Positions 60,600 to 64,000 of a stretch of 64,000 nucleotides of DNA are shown here, in pieces. A program made the translations under genes and the position numbers. How positions within the stretch are numbered: the first letter of the stretch is position 1; each line of letters starts with the position of its first letter. The notes beneath the pieces were generated by a model, which worked only from the letters and a program-made list of their open reading frames with translations, was not told the origin of the DNA and searched no databases. The DNA comes from Phallusia mammillata (taxonomy: Eukaryota), in assembly GCA_965637545.1 (NCBI GenBank), contig OZ281498.1:4526001-4590000 (forward strand), in the 5' to 3' direction.

Positions 60600-61914
60600 C
60601 GACATAAACAGCTAAAAAACTGAAAAATATTATCCCTATAAGGGTGCACCGGGTCCCATTTAATCAGCATACTGTAGTGAAGCAGCATATATGGCCGAAA
60701 TCTTTCGACATCTGCAAAACACTGTGTATTTTCACGTCTCAACAATTTTGGGGGGCCGTGTTCGAGGAACCCCGCGTAACCCACCACGACCCACGGAAAC
60801 GAGGAGAAATATACATGTTACTAATCCCTTCCAAATTGTTGTATTTTTACTTCTTTTTTAACTTCCCTTTTCCCGAGTGTCGTTACTGCAAATAGGTGTA
60901 CGCAGCACGTGCCTGTGATGCGTCGTTTGTTAAGCTTGTGTACTGTTACTCAACGCGCTATAGTATTACGTAAGGTTTAAATTCGCATTAAGCATTATTT
61001 GCCGGCGGCTCATTGCAAACTCCGGTGCCATACGTACTTGTGCGTCGATGAACAATCACTTATTAACACGTGACTTCGAGTTGACCCGTGACGATGAAAG
61101 CAAACAGTGCGATACAAGATTACAAAGTATAGTTCGCCACCTATCACCGACATGCTCCGAAGATATTACGCCCGCCGTTCTCATTAAACATCAGTGCAAA
61201 CACAGTGGTCGCACAGACAACGTTGCAAACAAGCATCCACGATCGATTAGCGGAATTGCCCGCATTAAAAAATGAAGTTTCGTCAGCATATTTTCTTACT
61301 TTTTTACCACAATTGAGTGCCAGTATACGTGTGCCCCTACTTTACAACTTCGTCGTTGTTGTTTTTTGTACTCAGCGCTCTTTTTGTTTCCTATTCCCGT
61401 GGCGGTGAGAGACGAATATTTATCCTACACAGTTTTCTGCACCGCCTCGTGAGAATAGCACGCGACACTGCTCATCTTGTCATATCACTTATTTTGTCAT
61501 AATCATCTCACTGTGAACGATTTCGCGCGCAGATGAAATTCAATACAGAAAAATAATTGTGCGAGAACTGGTACTAGACCAGCAAGTTAATTGTGTCGAA
61601 TGAACAACCAACAAAACCGTTCAAGCTCCTATCCACCACACATTTACTTGCGCTGTTGTTTCAAACAAATATTAGTTTCAGAAACACCCGTTGCCTATGC
61701 CATTTTAAGTACCCTATGTGTGTTAACGCCTTGCGTCAGTGGACAAGCCCGTACAGGTAATAAAGAAAGCGCTAAAAAGTAATGTTAACAAAGCGAAAAA
61801 GGGCTAGCCTAGCCTATATAAGCTACGGCAGACAGTTTTGGTTGCTTGTTTTAACTGCAATAAATTCTTCAGGCATAGAAAGTACAGCTAGAAAACCGGG
61901 TAAGATATTTTTTG

Positions 61915-61960
61915 ACGATCGCACTTCTGTGTTTAACACGATCGCACTTCTGTGTTTGAC
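61915..61960. repeat. 23-bp tandem duplication
   Basis: ACGATCGCACTTCTGTGTTT(A/G)AC x2. Confidence 0.8.
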
Positions 61961-62497
61961 AACTTGATAGTGTATTATTTAATGAATCGTTTTTAAAGCA
62001 GATAGAGTTTGTAGAAATTGTCACTGCTCTCATTTAATGGCAATGTTTTCACTAGGAAATTTCTGAAAAGTAACCCATAACAAAAAGCAGCCTATATAAT
62101 ACAAAACGATACTTTAAATTTTTACTCTGCTTAGCCCCAGTCAAAAAATAAGGTACAGTAACAATGTCTATAGCTATTGCAAGTTATCAAAAATATCAAT
62201 TTAGTGAATATGAGCGAGAACGGATGTGGTGTATTACAATCAAACTATTTAGTTTTACGAAGAGTATTGTTGTAAATAACCGTTTCAAGCATAAAAAAGA
62301 GAAAACACTACAATACCGCGAGAAAAAGTAAAAAGGTCAGATACTGTATTAAAAAGTTCAGAACACAAGATTGATTTGAACATGAAAAAAATTGGTAACA
62401 AATACGAAGGACTACATTGTGCAAAATATTTTTTTCCGTAGGTGTATCTGGCTACATTCACAAGCGCCCAAGGCGTACAGGCGTTAATAACCAAAAC

Positions 62498-62804
62498 CAG
62501 TGGTGTCCAATCTGTAAGTAGCGAAGCCGGGTCGCCTTAACTTTTTCTGGGGTCCATGGATATCACCAAATCCAATTTATTGGCGAGGTTTTAAGTGAAA
62601 TTTTTCAAAAACAATGATTTTGGAATGTTTTTGTGTCGCCATGTTTTACTATAATTCTGAAAAGGACATTCAAGATTACTCGTGTTATTTAGTTTCAGCA
62701 TTACTTGAAATATTTTTCTTCGCAACAAAAAAAGAGGTCGTAGGTAAATGCCGATTTGATTTTTTTTAATTGGGGTCGAATTTCAAAAAAGTTGGAGATC
62801 ACTG
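62498..62804. mobile_element. hAT-like MITE just upstream of the mucin-like gene
   Basis: Termini CAGTGGTGTCCAA / TTGGAGATCACTG; no clear TSD. Confidence 0.6.
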
Positions 62805-62904
62805 GTTTAGACAACCAAAATCAGTATCGTAGAGACGATAATTTGTTTGTCTTTACCAGAATCAATCGGAAGAAAGTGTGTTGGAATTAGCCTAAGTCAG
62901 AAAA

Positions 62905-64000
62905 ATGCTAAATAACAAAGGAAAAAGAATAGCAATACTGGCATTTATTATGTCCACAATCGTTGAAGGAATTGCACAAACGACACCAAACATCCCAGAA
63001 CAAGTTTCAATAACTTCAATCGCCGAAACTACGGACATGACAACTCGAGGTCCAACACAAGAAACTACAGAACATGTTTCGACAACTGGAATCGACGAAA
63101 CTACAGATATCACGGCTGAATCTGTAACACAAGAAACTACAGAAGTGGTTTCAACAACTGGAATCGACGAAACTACAGATATGACGACTGAATCTGTAAC
63201 ACAAGAAACAACAGAACTGGTTTCAACAACTGAAATCGACGAAACTACGGATATGAAAACTCCAGCTCCAACACAAGAAACAACAGAACAGGTTTCAACA
63301 ACTGGAATCGACGAAACTACAGATATGACGACCGAATCTGTAACACAAGAAACTACAGAACAGGTTTCAACAACTGGAATCGACGAAACTACAGATATGA
63401 CGACTGCATCTGTAACACAAGAAACTACAGAACAGGTTTCAACAACTGGAATCGACGAAACTACAGATATGACAACTCAAGCTCAAACACAAGAAACTAC
63501 AGAACAGGTTTCAATTACTGGAATCGACGAAACTACAGATATGACAACTCAAGCTCCAACACAAGAAACTACAGAACAGGTTTTAACAACTGGAATCGAC
63601 GAAACTACAGATATGACAACTCAAGCTACAACACAAGAAACTACAGAACAGGTTTCAACCACTGGAATCGACGAAACTACAGACATGACAACTCAAGCTC
63701 CAACACAAGAAACTACAGAACAGGTTTCAACAAATGGAATCGACGAAACTACAGATATGACAACTCAATCTCCAACACAAGAAACTACAGAACAGGTTTC
63801 AACAACTGGAATCGACGAAACTACAGATATGACGACTGAATATGCAACACAAGAAACTACAGAAGTGGTTTCAACAACTGGAATCGACGAAACTACAGAA
63901 ATGACGACGGCATTTGTAACACAAGAAACAACAGAACATGTTTCAACAACTGGAATAGACGAAACTACAGACATGACAACTCAATCACCAACACAAGAAA
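62905..64000 (+). CDS. Secreted acidic Thr/Glu-rich mucin-like protein, 3'-incomplete
   Basis: Open from ATG 62905 to the window end (absent from the track because no stop is reached). Signal peptide MLNNKGKRIAILAFIMSTIVEGIA followed by 24-aa repeats TQETTEQVSTTGIDETTDMTTxxx. Confidence 0.85.
   Translation, partial: MLNNKGKRIAILAFIMSTIVEGIAQTTPNIPEQVSITSIAETTDMTTRGPTQETTEHVSTTGIDETTDITAESVTQETTEVVSTTGIDETTDMTTESVTQETTELVSTTEIDETTDMKTPAPTQETTEQVSTTGIDETTDMTTESVTQETTEQVSTTGIDETTDMTTASVTQETTEQVSTTGIDETTDMTTQAQTQETTEQVSITGIDETTDMTTQAPTQETTEQVLTTGIDETTDMTTQATTQETTEQVSTTGIDETTDMTTQAPTQETTEQVSTNGIDETTDMTTQSPTQETTEQVSTTGIDETTDMTTEYATQETTEVVSTTGIDETTEMTTAFVTQETTEHVSTTGIDETTDMTTQSPTQE
63055..64000 (+). 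repeat. Coding minisatellite, 72-bp period, at least 13 units
   Basis: ACACAAGAAACTACAGAA...GGAATCGACGAAACTACAGATATGAC recurs every 72 nt from 63055, with a degenerate unit just upstream. Confidence 0.95.

Noticed and set aside
1-64000. tRNA, rRNA, snoRNA, CRISPR array or autonomous transposase
   Set aside because: None recognisable by eye; the 72-bp array is coding and has no spacers. A covariance-model search would be needed to exclude small RNAs.

Overview
Eukaryotic, AT-rich, intron-dense animal DNA. A compact tunicate (ascidian-like) genome is my inference from the 55-80 nt GT-AG introns, a Cics-1-like SINE and patchy CpG content. Five protein-coding loci were reconstructed by hand from splice sites and reading frame. 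(1) The 5' part of a TINAGL1-like gene lies on the minus strand at the left edge. (2) A complete 11-exon ornithine decarboxylase (5328-10627) has, in its 5' leader, an AUG-less upstream conserved coding region ending PPWDPS*. (3) An intronless divergent profilin-like gene sits at 14098-14538. (4) A laminin alpha-1/2-type gene of about 66 exons and about 3,200 aa spans 25039-60599. (5) A secreted acidic Thr/Glu mucin-like protein with 72-bp repeats runs off the right edge. Non-autonomous DNA transposons (MULE- and hAT-type MITEs, several with intact TSDs) fill 3-5 kb and 11-22 kb. The most striking observation is that the three longest plus-strand ORFs on the track (162, 167 and 243 aa) all end in a phase-1 splice donor that joins in frame to laminin exon 2. 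This suggests an array of alternative first exons giving long, possibly membrane-anchoring N-termini. Also notable: a hAT MITE at 11 kb carries a ~98-bp templated copy of a laminin exon from 38 kb away; there are candidate 9-nt and 24-nt laminin microexons, an alpha-2-type furin site in LG3, and a polybasic tail after LG5. All gene models are sequence-only predictions without transcript support.
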